Shown here piece after piece: positions 8,032-16,699 of a stretch of DNA of 57,725 nucleotides. Made by a program: the position numbers and the translations under genes. A model generated the notes under the pieces. That model saw only the letters and a program-made list of their open reading frames with translations, was not told the origin of the DNA and did not search any database. The stretch lies in IMG/VR virus record IMGVR_UViG_3300044703_000050, positions 1-57,725 of that record; one strand, written 5' to 3'. This stretch comes from a virus. Lineage: Duplodnaviria; Caudoviricetes. Each line of letters begins with the position of its first letter. Position 1 is the first letter of the stretch.

Positions 8032-9302
8032 GCGAGCTCCTTGGAAATTCGGACGGCGCGTCTCTTGCCGTCGCCGGTGAACTCGACGGCGCCGTAGCGG
8101 TCGAGCAGCTCGAGCGCGGCGGCCACCTGGTCGACTCTGCGGCTGAGATGCCGGGCGAGCTCGACGACCACGGCGCCGGCGGGCGCGAGCCGCTGCAGCG
8201 CGCCCCATACTCGGCCGGCATCGGCGAAAGACGTTTCGCGGATGAAGCCGCGGATGTGGCGCAAGCCCGGCGCCAGGGCGCGCTCTTCGATCGCAGCGCG
8301 ATCGACTTCCGAGGCCGACAGCAAGGCCTCGAGATCGATGAGCTGCGCGGCGGCACCTTTCTTGAACCGGGGCGCATTGCCGATCGCTGGCGCCGCGCCG
8401 GAGTGGAACGTCTCGACCGGACCGACCCTGGCCACCACCGGACTGAATGAAAAAGCCGGGCCGACGGCGACGAACTCGCCTGGCGTCAACAGCGGAAGCC
8501 GGTCAAAGCCCTTGCTCGCGTCCCAGCCGATCATTTCCGCCGCGCGCCGGATGTCGATGTCGAGAGTGTTAAGCCCAACCATGAAGTTCTGCGCTTCGCT
8601 CACGACCGATTTGGCGATGCGCGCGACGCGCTGGGTCGCGAGGATCCCGGCCAGCCCTCGCTTGCGGCCGCGGCTCATAAGGTCGGTGAGCGCCGCGATC
8701 GAGGCCTTGCGCAGCGCCGGCGTTTCGGAATAGCCCCCGAACGGCGCGAACAGGTGCGCCTCGTCGATAGCGACCAGCGCCGAATGCCAATGCTCCCGGG
8801 GCGCGGCGACGAGCGCGGAGAAGAACGCAGTGGCGGCCTTGAGCTGATCGTCGCGGTCGAGCTCGGAGAGATCGAGCAGCAGCGAGGCGCGGTGCTCTCG
8901 CGCACGTAGCGCCGCGGTGGCCAGCGTCGCGATATCGAGGCGATGGCCGTCGAGGTGAAGCAGCTCGAGCTTCTCCCCGAGCTCGCGGAACTCGCCCTCC
9001 GGATCGACCACGATCTGCTGCACGCGGCCCGCCGTCTGCTCGAGCAGCCGTCGCAACGTCCAGGACTTGCCGGCGCCGGAAGCGCCCTGGATGAGCAGGC
9101 GCCCTTCCATCAGCTTGCGCAGGTCGAGCCCGATCTCGGCGCCGGTGTCGGCATCGCCGAGGTGGACGTCACCAGGTCGACATTTCGCGGCGACGATCGT
9201 CGGACGCGCGATGACGCCTAAAGGCTTGGCCGTGCTCGGTCCGAAGCTACGCCCGCCCGTAGCGGCGGCAAAGGCGGCTTCCGGGGAGGCGGCGCGGGTC
9301 AT
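8028..9302 (-). CDS. HerA/DUF87-like P-loop ATPase with C-terminal wHTH
   Basis: LLIQGASGAGKS, VVDPEGEF, AIDEAHLF and RGRKRGLAGILATQR are canonical HerA/FtsK-family motifs. Confidence 0.9.
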   Translation of the reverse strand: MTRAASPEAAFAAATGGRSFGPSTAKPLGVIARPTIVAAKCRPGDVHLGDADTGAEIGLDLRKLMEGRLLIQGASGAGKSWTLRRLLEQTAGRVQQIVVDPEGEFRELGEKLELLHLDGHRLDIATLATAALRAREHRASLLLDLSELDRDDQLKAATAFFSALVAAPREHWHSALVAIDEAHLFAPFGGYSETPALRKASIAALTDLMSRGRKRGLAGILATQRVARIAKSVVSEAQNFMVGLNTLDIDIRRAAEMIGWDASKGFDRLPLLTPGEFVAVGPAFSFSPVVARVGPVETFHSGAAPAIGNAPRFKKGAAAQLIDLEALLSASEVDRAAIEERALAPGLRHIRGFIRETSFADAGRVWGALQRLAPAGAVVVELARHLSRRVDQVAAALELLDRYGAVEFTGDGKRRAVRISKELA

Positions 9303-9595
9303 CGCGCCAGCTCCCGACGTCCCGCCGGCGTGATGCGCGCGCGGCGGTACTTGCCTGCGCCGGAGACGCTGCAGAGCCCGCGCTGCGCCAGCGACAGCAC
9401 GGTCTGGCTCGAGTGGTAACCGCCGACGTCTCCGTTAAAGCCGGCGACGGTATAGATGAGCTCACCCAGCGCCATGGCGGCGAGCGCCGCACACTGGCGC
9501 TCGGACAGCGCCGCCGGCGGCCGCTTCCAGTTACGGGCGCGCTCGTTGATCGCTTCGCGTTCCGCGTCGGTCCTTTGCTTGTAGCCTGCAGGCAT
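9299..9595 (-). CDS. Hypothetical wHTH-like protein
   Basis: TVLSLAQRGL...RITPAGR. Confidence 0.6.
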   Translation of the reverse strand: MPAGYKQRTDAEREAINERARNWKRPPAALSERQCAALAAMALGELIYTVAGFNGDVGGYHSSQTVLSLAQRGLCSVSGAGKYRRARITPAGRRELAR

Positions 9596-9602
9596 GATGT
9601 CC

Positions 9603-9857
9603 TCAGATGATCATACGAAGCGGAATCGCTTCGACGGTCGGCCGCGGCTTTACCTGGCGCACGAGCTCGCGCTCGAAGGTCGCGGTCAGCCGCTCGATGT
9701 TGGGATCGGACTGCGGGATCTCCGGCGCGATCCGCGTGATGAAGCACTGCACCGGGATGCCGAGCTCGGTGGCGCCCTGCCAGACGCGGGCGGGGACTTC
9801 GTTCCCGTCGATCACGAGAGTGATGATCTTGGGTGTGCTCTCGATCGTGATTTTCAT
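9603..9857 (-). CDS. Conserved hypothetical phage protein
   Basis: MKITIESTPKI...VPARVWQGATELGIPV; operon position. Confidence 0.7.
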   Translation of the reverse strand: MKITIESTPKIITLVIDGNEVPARVWQGATELGIPVQCFITRIAPEIPQSDPNIERLTATFERELVRQVKPRPTVEAIPLRMII

Positions 9858-10204
9858 GTGATCACCGGTCCGAGATCATGAACGGGCAGGGAGCCTTTCG
9901 GCGGGTCCGACCAGCTGCGACCGAAACTTTCCAGCGTGGCGCGCCATCGCGCGATCATCGCCGGCTCGCAGTGGCTGCAGGCATCCGCCCAGGTGGGCCA
10001 ACGTCCGACGGCGCCATAGAACGCATACTGGTAGTAGAGCGACATCTGATCGTGTGGCAGCAGCGGATCGTGCTTGACGGCGCAGACCTGGCAGACGTCG
10101 GCGCGCGGCGGCAGCAGCTTAAACGGCGCGGCGCGCTGCTCGATCACTTTGCCGGTCTGCATGTCGACCGTCTGCATTTCGACCGGGACGGTTTTCATCT
10201 TCAT
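9854..10204 (-). CDS. Hypothetical Cys/His protein
   Basis: CQVCAVKHDPLLPH...RWPTWADACSHC; ATGA coupling. Confidence 0.7.
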   Translation of the reverse strand: MKMKTVPVEMQTVDMQTGKVIEQRAAPFKLLPPRADVCQVCAVKHDPLLPHDQMSLYYQYAFYGAVGRWPTWADACSHCEPAMIARWRATLESFGRSWSDPPKGSLPVHDLGPVIT

Positions 10205-11217
10205 GCGGCGGCTCCGATGCGTGGAAATTCGTTGTGCTCGCGGCCGTCGAGGAGACGGCCGGCGGCTTTCCTGCCGACGCGCCACATGGCGTGATCACCC
10301 AGATCATCCCAGCCTGCGAGCCCCTCGGTTTCGAAGGACTTGTCGCCATCCCAATCCATGCACGCATAGCGGCTCTGGTGGAGGTCGCTATCGCGCCTTT
10401 GAAGATCGTCTGTGTAATGATGGCCAGGCAGCCACTCACCCCATTGCTTGAACAAGAACGCCACGCCGGCGGCGGCACATTGATCGCGCACCGCCCGGAA
10501 CCAGTCGGGATGGGCGGGCTTCGGATCGAGCTTGCCGCTCATGCCGCCGGCGATCACCTGCGCGCGGCGGCCGAGCGCGAGGAAGTCGTCAGGAAGCTGC
10601 AACGGCCCGATCGCCGGCTCGTAGGAAATGAACACGGTGAAGCCGAGCGCGGCGAGGCGGCGGAGGTGCGGCCAGCGCTCGTCAAACTCCGGTTGTCGTT
10701 CGGCGGAAGTGCCAAGCCAGAAACGCTCGCGCGGGTTACCCCAGTCAACCAACGAGTCACAATCCATCGAATTCCGCCGCTCCGGCAGGCCTTCGAAGTA
10801 AGCCGCCATCACGTCGGCGCGCTTCGTGAGCAGCTGCCCAATGTGTTTGGAGCAGAGGATGGTGCCGACGGTCTTGTCGATCACCGCGCGCGGCCGGTCC
10901 TCGTGAAACAGATCGCTCATGTCGCCGACGAAGATTGTCGACGGCTGTCCTCGGCCGAGCTTCGGCTCCTTGGCGCCGCGCCAGGTCAACGGCCAGCTCC
11001 ACACCGGATGATCATCCGGCGCTGCCGTCAGCTTGCCGTTGAACACCGGGCGGCCCTTCTGCAGCGTCGTGGTGCCTGCATAGAGCGGATGGTTGGCGAG
11101 CCGCGTGCCGGCGAGCTGCTGGGCGTAGCAGGGAATGCAGCCGGGCGACTTGATCGAGCAGCCGCCGATCGGGTTCCAGGTGGCGTCGGTCCATTCGATC
11201 GGGGTCGGATAGCCCAT
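10201..11217 (-). CDS. DUF5131 / phage Gp37-Gp68 family (radical-SAM-like) protein
   Basis: IEWTDATWNPIGGCSIKSPGCIPCYA, IFVGDMSDLFH, LLTKR, FLFKQWGEW. Confidence 0.92.
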   Translation of the reverse strand: MGYPTPIEWTDATWNPIGGCSIKSPGCIPCYAQQLAGTRLANHPLYAGTTTLQKGRPVFNGKLTAAPDDHPVWSWPLTWRGAKEPKLGRGQPSTIFVGDMSDLFHEDRPRAVIDKTVGTILCSKHIGQLLTKRADVMAAYFEGLPERRNSMDCDSLVDWGNPRERFWLGTSAERQPEFDERWPHLRRLAALGFTVFISYEPAIGPLQLPDDFLALGRRAQVIAGGMSGKLDPKPAHPDWFRAVRDQCAAAGVAFLFKQWGEWLPGHHYTDDLQRRDSDLHQSRYACMDWDGDKSFETEGLAGWDDLGDHAMWRVGRKAAGRLLDGREHNEFPRIGAAA

Positions 11218-11221
11218 TGCG

Positions 11222-11458
11222 TCACGCCTCTCGCAGCAGCGCGTGTTGCGCAGCGCGCTCGATCAATGCCGCGGTGACCTCGCAGCACGCGCCGGCGAGA
11301 GTCTGGAAGTCCCATTCCATGGCCTCGGCGCAGGCGCTGCAGATGCCGGTGGGAAAATCGATATCGAGCAGCACCCAGCTGCAGCCGCCCGGGCAGGCGC
11401 GCAGATCCGTGCAGGCGCAGCCGCGGCAGGTGCGGACAGTTTGGGTGAGCGCCGTCAT
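11222..11458 (-). CDS. Small Cys-rich (zinc-binding) protein
   Basis: RTCRGCACTDLRACPGGCSWV...CSAC; GGAGG upstream. Confidence 0.7.
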   Translation of the reverse strand: MTALTQTVRTCRGCACTDLRACPGGCSWVLLDIDFPTGICSACAEAMEWDFQTLAGACCEVTAALIERAAQHALLREA

Positions 11459-11853
11459 GTCTGGCCGCCCTCCGGTTTGGTGGTCAGGGCGATGGCGGCG
11501 CGGGCTGCGGTTAGGGCCGAGAGCGAGCCAATAGTGTCGGCTGCATCCGCCTTGCGATCTTTGCCGTCGCCCTCGCCACACATTCCGAGCTTGTCGCGCG
11601 CGGCCGCCAAAGCTTCCGAGCAATCAATGAGCGCGGCCAGCAGATCAGGCGCGGCGGCGATCAGGCGGGCGTTGGCGTACTGTTCCCGTTCATGATCGTC
11701 GAGGCCGCCGCAGCATATCGCTATGAATTGCGATGCGTCCGCGGCGTGAGCGGGGCCCACGATCACTGGCTCATACGGCCGATCCGTTTCTATCTCAAAG
11801 CGCCACGGCCCCGCCGTATGCCCGCCTGCGAATGCGTGCTTGCTCTCGCTCAC
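11455..11853 (-). CDS. Phage protein with HTxGPW / ANARLIAAAPDLL motif
   Basis: Motifs visible in the 3' part of ORF 11455..12423; GTG start overlaps the upstream stop. Confidence 0.75.
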   Translation of the reverse strand: MSESKHAFAGGHTAGPWRFEIETDRPYEPVIVGPAHAADASQFIAICCGGLDDHEREQYANARLIAAAPDLLAALIDCSEALAAARDKLGMCGEGDGKDRKADAADTIGSLSALTAARAAIALTTKPEGGQT

Positions 11854-12227
11854 CGCGCACCCACCTTCCGCTTCGGCATGGCGGCGTAGCCCGGGCGCGT
11901 GGGGCGCGAGCTCTGCGCGTCCTCGTCCTGCTCGACGGCGTGGCTGCCGCAGTCGGGACAGCGCAAGGAGGGACCGCCGAGCGCGCTCCACATCGCGTCG
12001 CAGGCGTCGCAGTGCATGTGGAACATCCCGTTGCTCCTTTTGTGCTGCTGGTGACGGCGGTCGAAGTCGCCCTCGACATAGCCGGAGGCGTAGGCGAGCA
12101 GATCGGGTGCATCGCGCCGCCCGGGGACGCCGGCGTAGCCGTCGGCATAGCCGCGCTCGCGGCTGCCGGGATCCAGCGCCAGGCCGCGCGCGATCGCCAC
12201 GGCGGGCGTGATGGACGCGGTTGGCAC
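11850..12227 (-). CDS. Hypothetical protein with zinc ribbon
   Basis: GYADG...YASGYVEG followed by CDAC...CPDCGS. Confidence 0.6.
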   Translation of the reverse strand: MPTASITPAVAIARGLALDPGSRERGYADGYAGVPGRRDAPDLLAYASGYVEGDFDRRHQQHKRSNGMFHMHCDACDAMWSALGGPSLRCPDCGSHAVEQDEDAQSSRPTRPGYAAMPKRKVGAR

Positions 12228-12235
12228 GGCGCGCC

Positions 12236-12646
12236 TCACGCGGCTTTGCGGTGTTCGCCGCGCCGGGCTTTGGCGGCCGCGGCCTCGACCACGGCCAGCA
12301 CCGCCGCGCGCATGCCGGCGTCGTCGATGGCGTTCCAGGCGCGCGCCAGGGCGAGGCCGTTGTGCGATACCGCCAGCTGCTGGAACGGGTCGTCGGTGTT
12401 TGTGGCGACGATGTTGCCGGCAATGCCCTCGTAGAACCAGGCGATCGGCCGCTGCAAAATGGTTGAAATCTCGCTCAGGCGGCTGGCGCCGATGCGGTTG
12501 GTGCCCTTTTCGTACTTCTGCACCTGCTGGAAGGTGAGCTTGAGCGCGTCGCCCAGCTTCTCCTGGCTCATGCCTCTCATGAGGCGAGCCTGGCGCACGC
12601 GCGCCCCGACGTGGACGTCGACCGGATTGGTTTTCTTGCTGGCCAT
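12236..12646 (-). CDS. XRE-family HTH transcriptional regulator
   Basis: GMSQEKLGDALKLTFQQVQKYEKGTNRIGASRL. Confidence 0.93.
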   Translation of the reverse strand: MASKKTNPVDVHVGARVRQARLMRGMSQEKLGDALKLTFQQVQKYEKGTNRIGASRLSEISTILQRPIAWFYEGIAGNIVATNTDDPFQQLAVSHNGLALARAWNAIDDAGMRAAVLAVVEAAAAKARRGEHRKAA

Positions 12647-12735
12647 GGATCACTCCTCGGTTAGGGGGTCGCCGCGATGCCGGGCGATTGTCCAGGCCGA
12701 TCGGCATCGCGGCGTTCGCGTCGCCTCGCGAACGG

Positions 12736-12810
12736 TGGAGCGGGGAGCGGGAGTTGCACCCGCAACCTTCCGGCTGGATGCCGGATGCTCTGGATTTGAG
12801 CTATCCCCGC
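12736..12810 (-). tRNA. Atypical tRNA-Gly(TCC)
   Basis: Full cloverleaf: GCGGGGA-TA-GCTC-AAATCCA-GAGC-A-TCCGG-CATCCAG-CCGGA-AGGTT-GCGGG-TGCAACT-CCCGC-TCCCCGC-T-CCA; U73 discriminator. Confidence 0.85.
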
Positions 12811-12815
12811 GAAAT

Positions 12816-12917
12816 TCATGGCAGCAGGCCTCCGAGGCTCACCGCGGCGCCGGAGGCGATCAGCACCAGCGCGATCACCAGCAGATATCCGCACGTGTTG
12901 TTGCTCGTGACGAACAT
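12816..12917 (-). CDS. 33-aa hydrophobic peptide
   Basis: Manual translation: MFVTSNNTCGYLLVIALVLIASGAAVSLGGLLP; GGAG upstream. Confidence 0.45.
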   Translation of the reverse strand: MFVTSNNTCGYLLVIALVLIASGAAVSLGGLLP

Positions 12918-12920
12918 CGG

Positions 12921-13280
12921 TCAGTGCTCCGCTCCGATGCAGGCGGCTACGGCTCGGCGGTAGTCACCGCCAACACGGTTCATGTCCTGCCAGACCTCAC
13001 CGGCGCCGAGCTCGTCGGCCAGCCAGGCGAAATCCGTCACATAGAGGATGGCGTGCAGCAGCACGCGCTCGCCGGATGAGGCGACGCCGTCTATGTGCCG
13101 CGCGGCCTTAACGAAAGCGCCGCGTTCCTTGTTGTCGTTGAAATCGACGATCAGGCTGCGAAGCATGCGCCAGCTGCCGGCCGCGGTTAGAAATTCTTCG
13201 AAACCGAGCATGCGGAACATGTCCTGTGCAGGCTGCGAAGATTGGAAGGTGGCGAAGTCCGCTGTCGGTTGATCGTCCAC
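12921..13280 (-). CDS. Conserved hypothetical protein
   Basis: GTG after GGAGG; SSGERVLLHAILYVTDFAWLADEL. Confidence 0.65.
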   Translation of the reverse strand: MDDQPTADFATFQSSQPAQDMFRMLGFEEFLTAAGSWRMLRSLIVDFNDNKERGAFVKAARHIDGVASSGERVLLHAILYVTDFAWLADELGAGEVWQDMNRVGGDYRRAVAACIGAEH

Positions 13281-13281
13281 G

Positions 13282-13695
13282 TCAGGCCTCCGATGTTGAG
13301 TTTCGAGGCGCACCCCAAGGCTCGCCGGTTCGCCGATCGACAACCGGCCCCGCCATCGTCCGCTTGCGCGGATCATCCTTCCCGCCCGGCAGCGGCGTTC
13401 TGGTCTGAAACGCCCCGATGTCCTTCTGACGCACGCGATCGCAGTGCGCGATCAGCGGAATGTCATGGGTCCAGGCGCGTTCGAGATTGCAGCGGGCATG
13501 CGCGACGCCGTCGGCCGGCGCCCCGGTGATGGCGTGCGGCGCCGGCATGTGGCTCTCGTGCCACTTGCGGCCGCGGCCGATCTCGAGCCCGCAGATGTTG
13601 CAGAGCGGGAATTGAGCGGCGATGCCGGCCGCCTGCTGCGCGGCGAGCACCGATCGATAAAGTGCTTCGCGCGCGGTGGTGGAGAGGCGGCCCAT
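13282..13695 (-). CDS. HNH endonuclease-like protein
   Basis: CNICG...WHESH...AHARCN, followed by the basic tail (LPGGK...RKRTMAG.VVDR) typical of phage HNH proteins. Confidence 0.75.
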   Translation of the reverse strand: MGRLSTTAREALYRSVLAAQQAAGIAAQFPLCNICGLEIGRGRKWHESHMPAPHAITGAPADGVAHARCNLERAWTHDIPLIAHCDRVRQKDIGAFQTRTPLPGGKDDPRKRTMAGPVVDRRTGEPWGAPRNSTSEA

Positions 13696-14054
13696 CACCA
13701 GGCGCCCGACTGCGAGTAAACCTGCCGCTCGTAGCCGGCGCGCGGTCCGGAGAGCGCCGGGATGGCGATGCCGAATTCCCGCGCCAGGTCGCGCGCCAAT
13801 GCGCCCGACAGCATGGTGCCGAGGCCCGTCAAGCGATGCCAGCGGTCGGGGCCGCGCCGCGCCAGACCCAGCGCCACCAGCGCGCGATAGTCGGCCATCG
13901 CGGCGCGTACGGTCGAATGTTCGAGCTTGCGCACCACCGCGATCGACAGCGTGCAGCGGCGCAGGGTGAGCAGCACCAATTGCTGCGCGGGCGGGAGCTT
14001 GCTCGGATCGATCGCGACGGAACATGGCTGGCCTGACGGTTGGGTGTCTGACAT
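13695..14054 (-). CDS. Hypothetical wHTH-like protein
   Basis: LVALGLA...WHRLTGLG; GGAG upstream. Confidence 0.6.
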   Translation of the reverse strand: MSDTQPSGQPCSVAIDPSKLPPAQQLVLLTLRRCTLSIAVVRKLEHSTVRAAMADYRALVALGLARRGPDRWHRLTGLGTMLSGALARDLAREFGIAIPALSGPRAGYERQVYSQSGAW

Positions 14055-14092
14055 GACGCACTCCACGAAACGCGAAAGGGGACAAACGCGCT

Positions 14093-14347
14093 TTACGAAA
14101 CGAGCCCGAGTTGACGGGCGATGCGGGCTCTTTCGTCGGCCTGCCCACGCGCATAGCCAGCCTCGCTGGCGGCGGTGATTTCGGATTGATGTTGGGTGGC
14201 CATTTCGCGGGCCATCGCGTTGAAGCCTTTGGCGTCCGCCATGGACTCGTCGTATTGACCGCAGCGGACGCTATCGAGCAGGTCGACTGCCTGCAGCAGC
14301 GCCTCTCGATCCTCGCCGGCCTCAAGCCGGTTAATGATCATCTGCAC
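14093..14347 (-). CDS. Hypothetical protein, first gene of the leftward early operon (start uncertain)
   Basis: 3' part of ORF 14093..14485; AGYARGQADERARI motif. Confidence 0.55.
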   Translation of the reverse strand: MQMIINRLEAGEDREALLQAVDLLDSVRCGQYDESMADAKGFNAMAREMATQHQSEITAASEAGYARGQADERARIARQLGLVS

Positions 14348-14456
14348 GAAGTTCTCGAGACCGTCGCGCTTGGTCTGCGGGATTTTAATCGGGCGGCTGT
14401 AGTAACACTGGGTGACCACTGGGCGCTCCCATCGCTGAGACTCAGGCGATGGGAGA

Positions 14457-14510
14457 AAGTTACGGTATGCGTAACTAAGCGTCAACCCCTATGTTACGGT
14501 AGACGCAACT
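14457..14510 (-). promoter_or_regulatory. Leftward early promoter (PL-like) with two operators
   Basis: Minus strand TTGACG-17-TAACTT; operators AGTTACGGTATGCGTAACT (14458-14476) and TGTTACGGTAGACGCAACT (14492-14510). Confidence 0.75.
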
Positions 14511-14539
14511 AAGGCGCCCGCCGAAAATGATGGAAGACA

Positions 14540-14956
14540 TCACCGGCTCTTGCGATAGCCGCGCTGTGCCATGCACGCAGTCATGGTCGCGTCTTCGGTC
14601 TGTGTTCGCCGAACGCCCGCACCTAGGTTCGCCCCGATGTCGCCGAGAGGAGAAAAATCCACCGCAGGCGAGTTGTAACTGCCGGGGGTGGGCGGCAGCA
14701 CGGATTGAGGCCCCACATAGACCGGGACGGTTACGTTGTTTTCGACCGATACCCGCGGAGCGGCCGTCGGCGTCGGGACTTGATTTCCCGCCACCACTGC
14801 CGCTGCTCGACAGGTCGCGAAGTCGACTTCCCATTTCTGCTCTAATGCGGGGGTCGATCGAATAGCCTGATTGTCGAACCTCACCCAAGAATTCGGCGTA
14901 TTGGCCGCGCAGCCAGAAAGCACGATGGCGAGCGCCGCAACGACAGTTGCCCTCAT
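14540..14956 (-). CDS. Lipoprotein (superinfection-exclusion candidate)
   Basis: MRATVVAALAIVLSG-C lipobox; C-terminal CMAQRGY; lies directly downstream of the repressor. Confidence 0.75.
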   Translation of the reverse strand: MRATVVAALAIVLSGCAANTPNSWVRFDNQAIRSTPALEQKWEVDFATCRAAAVVAGNQVPTPTAAPRVSVENNVTVPVYVGPQSVLPPTPGSYNSPAVDFSPLGDIGANLGAGVRRTQTEDATMTACMAQRGYRKSR

Positions 14957-14974
14957 TTCGCACCTCGACGCCGG

Positions 14975-15250
14975 CTAAGCCTTTTTTCGCGCCTTCACTT
15001 CCTCTGGCTCCCGATCCGCCTCAGTCGGACGTCGCATCAACAGCGCACCGGCGTGGGTGCCGAGCACGTCGGCGCACGACTCTAGGAAATCCTGGGTGTA
15101 GCCCTGCTTGAGGGCCTCGATTCGCGAGATCGATGTTTTGGTCGTGCCGATTGCGTCGGCGAGCTCCTCTTGTGTGAGCCCGCGAAACTCGCGCCACTCC
15201 CTGATGAAGTGGCGACGACGACGTAAGGAATTGCCGATTTTATGAGGCAT
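14975..15250 (-). CDS. CI-like repressor (XRE HTH only)
   Basis: IREWREFRGLTQEELADAIGTTKTSISRIE; divergent from the cro-like gene. Confidence 0.85.
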   Translation of the reverse strand: MPHKIGNSLRRRRHFIREWREFRGLTQEELADAIGTTKTSISRIEALKQGYTQDFLESCADVLGTHAGALLMRRPTEADREPEEVKARKKA

Positions 15251-15257
15251 GGCGGGA

Positions 15258-15337
15258 GGTTACCTGTGACGCAACCGCCCGTCGTTAGCGCACAGAGCAA
15301 CCTCCTCTTGACAGGAGAGTTGCGTCTACCGTAACCA
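15258..15337 (+). promoter_or_regulatory. Rightward promoter (PR-like) and operators
   Basis: TTGACA at 15308. The operator at 15318-15335 is the exact 18-bp reverse complement of 14493-14510; a related site GGTTACCTGTGACGCAACC lies at 15258-15276. Confidence 0.8.
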
Positions 15338-15344
15338 TGCGGGC

Positions 15345-15608
15345 ATGGATGTGTCAGTCCACCCAGTCCGCGCCTACCGGCTCGCTCAGAAACCGCCGCT
15401 TAGCTTGGAGGATTTGGCTGCACGTATCCGCACGACCAAAGCCAACCTTTCGCGAATCGAGACCTTCAAGCAGACCATCAGCGATGAGCTGCTTGCGAAC
15501 GTCGTCGCCGAGACTGGCATCCCGGCGGGCCGACTGCGTCCCGACCTCGCGAAACTCTTCCGCGTGTCACGCGCGCGGCCACGGCGGCACACGAGTGCCG
15601 CTGCTTGA
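15345..15608 (+). CDS. Cro-like HTH regulator
   Basis: LSLEDLAARIRTTKANLSRIE...GIPAGRLRPDL. Confidence 0.85.
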   Translation: MDVSVHPVRAYRLAQKPPLSLEDLAARIRTTKANLSRIETFKQTISDELLANVVAETGIPAGRLRPDLAKLFRVSRARPRRHTSAAA

Positions 15609-15629
15609 GAAAAGACCTGCTGCATGTTT

Positions 15630-15902
15630 TCACTCCGTCACCAACCGCAGCAGTCGATGCCCCGCCGCTCCGGCGCGGCGGGCGAGGAAGCCGAACACGA
15701 TCTTCAAGCCTGGGCCGATGGCATCGACCGGCACCACGATCTTGCGCTTGATCACGTTCACCACGGCGCCGCCGCTCTCGTAGACGGTCTGTTCGGCGAA
15801 GAACACGAAGCGGGCGCCGAAGCCGAGGTCCTCGATCAACGCCAGTCCCGTGCAGAGTTCGTCCTCGATCGGAACCGGCTCGATCAACATATCTGCTGGC
15901 AT
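15630..15902 (-). CDS. Hypothetical protein
   Basis: MPADMLIEPV... with GAGGA upstream; globular composition. Confidence 0.55.
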   Translation of the reverse strand: MPADMLIEPVPIEDELCTGLALIEDLGFGARFVFFAEQTVYESGGAVVNVIKRKIVVPVDAIGPGLKIVFGFLARRAGAAGHRLLRLVTE

Positions 15903-16307
15903 GCTTCCTCTCCCGATTGCGCGAAAGATAGGATTGCATCCTATCCGTTCGGGCATTCAGGAAAGTATTCAACCATAACATGCGGTTATCTCCGCCTTAA
16001 TGACCCCGTAAAAATACGGGGCTTTCACAACACGCGCAGGATGAGCGCCACAATCAACACTACCGCACTGCCGACGAGTGCGGTGATCGCGAGTGCGTTC
16101 ATGCGGGCCATCGGGAACGCTCCGCCTGCTACCGCGAGGTCGCTCGTTCTGATGCTGGCATCGTCGAGCAAGTGCTCGCCAGCACATCACCTCGCGCCCT
16201 GACGAGTCGAGTCGCGTTTCGTCCACAGGCTGTGGACCGTGTTGATAAGTCGCGTCCCGTTGCGTGCGTCTGCCGCCTTCCTTCAACACTCGCACCCGGG
16301 GTCCGCC

Positions 16308-16475
16308 ATGCCGAGCATTCCGACGATCGTCGTTCGTAGCGAGGCGCGCCTGCAGGCGCTTCGGCGCATGCTGCAGCCGGCGGCGGGAGCGCTGGTGATG
16401 GCGGGCGTATCGATCGGGCTCGGTGTCGCGATCGCGGTGGTGCTTGGTGCTGCGCTGCGCGGATGGCCGTCATGA
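16308..16475 (+). CDS. Small membrane protein
   Basis: One hydrophobic helix; ATGA-coupled to the next gene. Confidence 0.5.
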   Translation: MPSIPTIVVRSEARLQALRRMLQPAAGALVMAGVSIGLGVAIAVVLGAALRGWPS

Positions 16476-16699
16476 GCACCATTCCGTCCGCCCATCACGT
16501 GCTGATCGCGCTGTGCGAGAGCTGTCCCGCCGTGCACATCGATCTGTGCCACGAGGACGGCACGATCTTCGCGACGGCGAGCTGCGGTCCGGAGGAAGCC
16601 TGGATCGAAAGTTTTATCGCCGAGCTGCGTCAAAAAGCTGCGATCGCGCGGCAGCGCGCCGGCGGCGGCACCGCCCTTGAGACGGTGAGGCTGCAATGA
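16472..16699 (+). CDS. Hypothetical protein
   Basis: CESCPAVHI motif; ATGA coupling on both sides. Confidence 0.6.
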   Translation: MSTIPSAHHVLIALCESCPAVHIDLCHEDGTIFATASCGPEEAWIESFIAELRQKAAIARQRAGGGTALETVRLQ

